DNA from: Azolla caroliniana | Taxonomy: Eukaryota; Plantae; Polypodiophyta | NCBI GenBank assembly: GCA_043228905.1 | Contig: JBHGNT010000003.1 | Span: 17,422,001 to 17,486,000, forward strand | Direction of reading: 5' to 3' | DNA: 64,000 nucleotides | Shown here: piece after piece, positions 62,937 through 64,000 of the stretch | Layout of the letters: the number at the start of each line of letters is the position of its first letter | How positions within the stretch are numbered: the stretch's first letter is position 1 | Notes under the pieces: model-generated | The model's input: the letters and a program-made list of their open reading frames with translations, nothing else | Told to the model about the DNA's origin: nothing | Database searches by the model: none | Translations under genes and position numbers: made by a program

Positions 62937-64000
62937 GAAGCTTGACAGAACCAACTACGCATCTTGGTCCTACAAGATGCACCAGTACCTGCTTGGGCAC
63001 CGTTACTGGAGCTATGTCGAAGAAGAGAATGACGCGGCACCCGAATCGACACACAAAGACTTCCAGCATGGGAACAATCGGCGAGCAGAGTGGTGTACTG
63101 TTTTGCGTCTTGTGTGGGCGAACAACTATTAAGCTACGTTTGGGATGCAAAAACGTTGAAGGGTGATTGGGAAAGTTTGAAGAAGATCTTCGCCGCGAGC
63201 ACCACTGCCAGGAAGCTTCAGCTCCAACAAGAGTTAAGCAACCTACGACAACGTGATTTGTCAGTGGCTGACTATACCTCGAAGATCAAGAACATATGCG
63301 ACTCTTTAGCTTCCATCGATGTGAACATCAAGGAAAGTGAGATGGTCCAGGTCTGTCTCAGGGGTTTGGCATCAAAGTTCGGAGCGTTCCGAACTGCTAT
63401 GTGTACACAAGAGAATATGCCGTCATTTTCCGACTTACAGTTGATGCTCCTTATAGAGGAGAACCACATGGGTGCGTCGACAAGCACGCATGCCGACAGC
63501 AAGATGTTGTACACGGAGGGAGATAAGCCCCGTGGTCATGGCGGACGAGGTGAGTCGGTACGCAATGGAGGCGGTCGACGGGATCAAGGAAGAAGGCACC
63601 GAAGTCATGCCGACAGCAATTCCGGAACCTCCGGAAACAGGGGGAGTTGAAGCGATGAGAACCGGCAAGGGAAATCTGCCGCGGAATACTGGTACTGTGG
63701 CAAGAAAGGCCACAGGGAGAGCGAGTGCTGAAAAAGTGCGCCGATTTGGAGAGAACCGGATCCGGAATAGGTTCCGGACAGACCGACAAAAGAAATCGGC
63801 AACGATCACACTATGCCGAAGGATCCGGAGAAGCCGGAAAAGGGTCAATCTTCGTGACAAGACACGAAGCAAACTCAATGAAGAAGATCTCCCCGAAGTC
63901 GGAGGAGGTGTGGTACGTCGACTCCGGCCCATTAAACCACATGACGTGCCATAAGGAGTGGTTCTCGTACCTAGAAAAACCTATGCAACCGAGAGTAGTC
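62902..64000 (+). pseudogene. gag: Copia I gag-PR, frameshifted
   Basis: MDRGMASSLSTEKLDRTNYASW; TTARKLQLQQEL; WYVDSG. Confidence 0.9.

Larger units (their letters stand above)
62136..64000 (+). mobile_element. Copia element I (A family), 5' part
   Basis: LTR 62136-62581, PBS at 62582 and a duplicate at 62820, gag from 62902. Confidence 0.93.

Overview
Gene-free stack of nested plant transposons, with no host gene, rRNA, intact tRNA gene or CRISPR array. The families suggest a non-seed land plant such as a fern, lycophyte or bryophyte (inference). Reconstructed from LTR pairs and target-site duplications (TSDs): Gypsy C (minus, <1-18930) hosts a hAT-type MITE (1294-1560), a solo LTR (17339-18474) and Copia A (1645-14427), which itself hosts Gypsy B (5957-13041). 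Truncated Athila-like Gypsy E (19945-33401) hosts Gypsy D (20041-28887). Copia J lies at 33958-39715, followed by relics, an L1 ORF1 remnant and a 731-bp tandem dimer (40-45 kb). Copia H (45164-60539) hosts Gypsy F (45763-60458), which hosts Tork-like Copia G (49972-55296). A hAT-like end and Copia I (62136-end) close the window. The most striking signal is that both complete Athila-like elements (D, F) lack a polypurine tract (PPT). Instead, 2 nt before the 3' LTR, they carry a conserved tRNA-Arg 3'-half mimic, GTGGRTTCG-N16-CCCAC-GGRCGTGYCA, suggesting tRNA-based plus-strand priming. Other signals: a large extra coiled-coil ORF in the same family, antisense tRNA-like A/B boxes in LTRs of the tRNA-Trp-primed Gypsy family, its ACGC/GCGT target preference, and a G-GAT-TTT-TAA -1 frameshift site. 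Lineage names and tRNA identities are from memory and are not database-checked.
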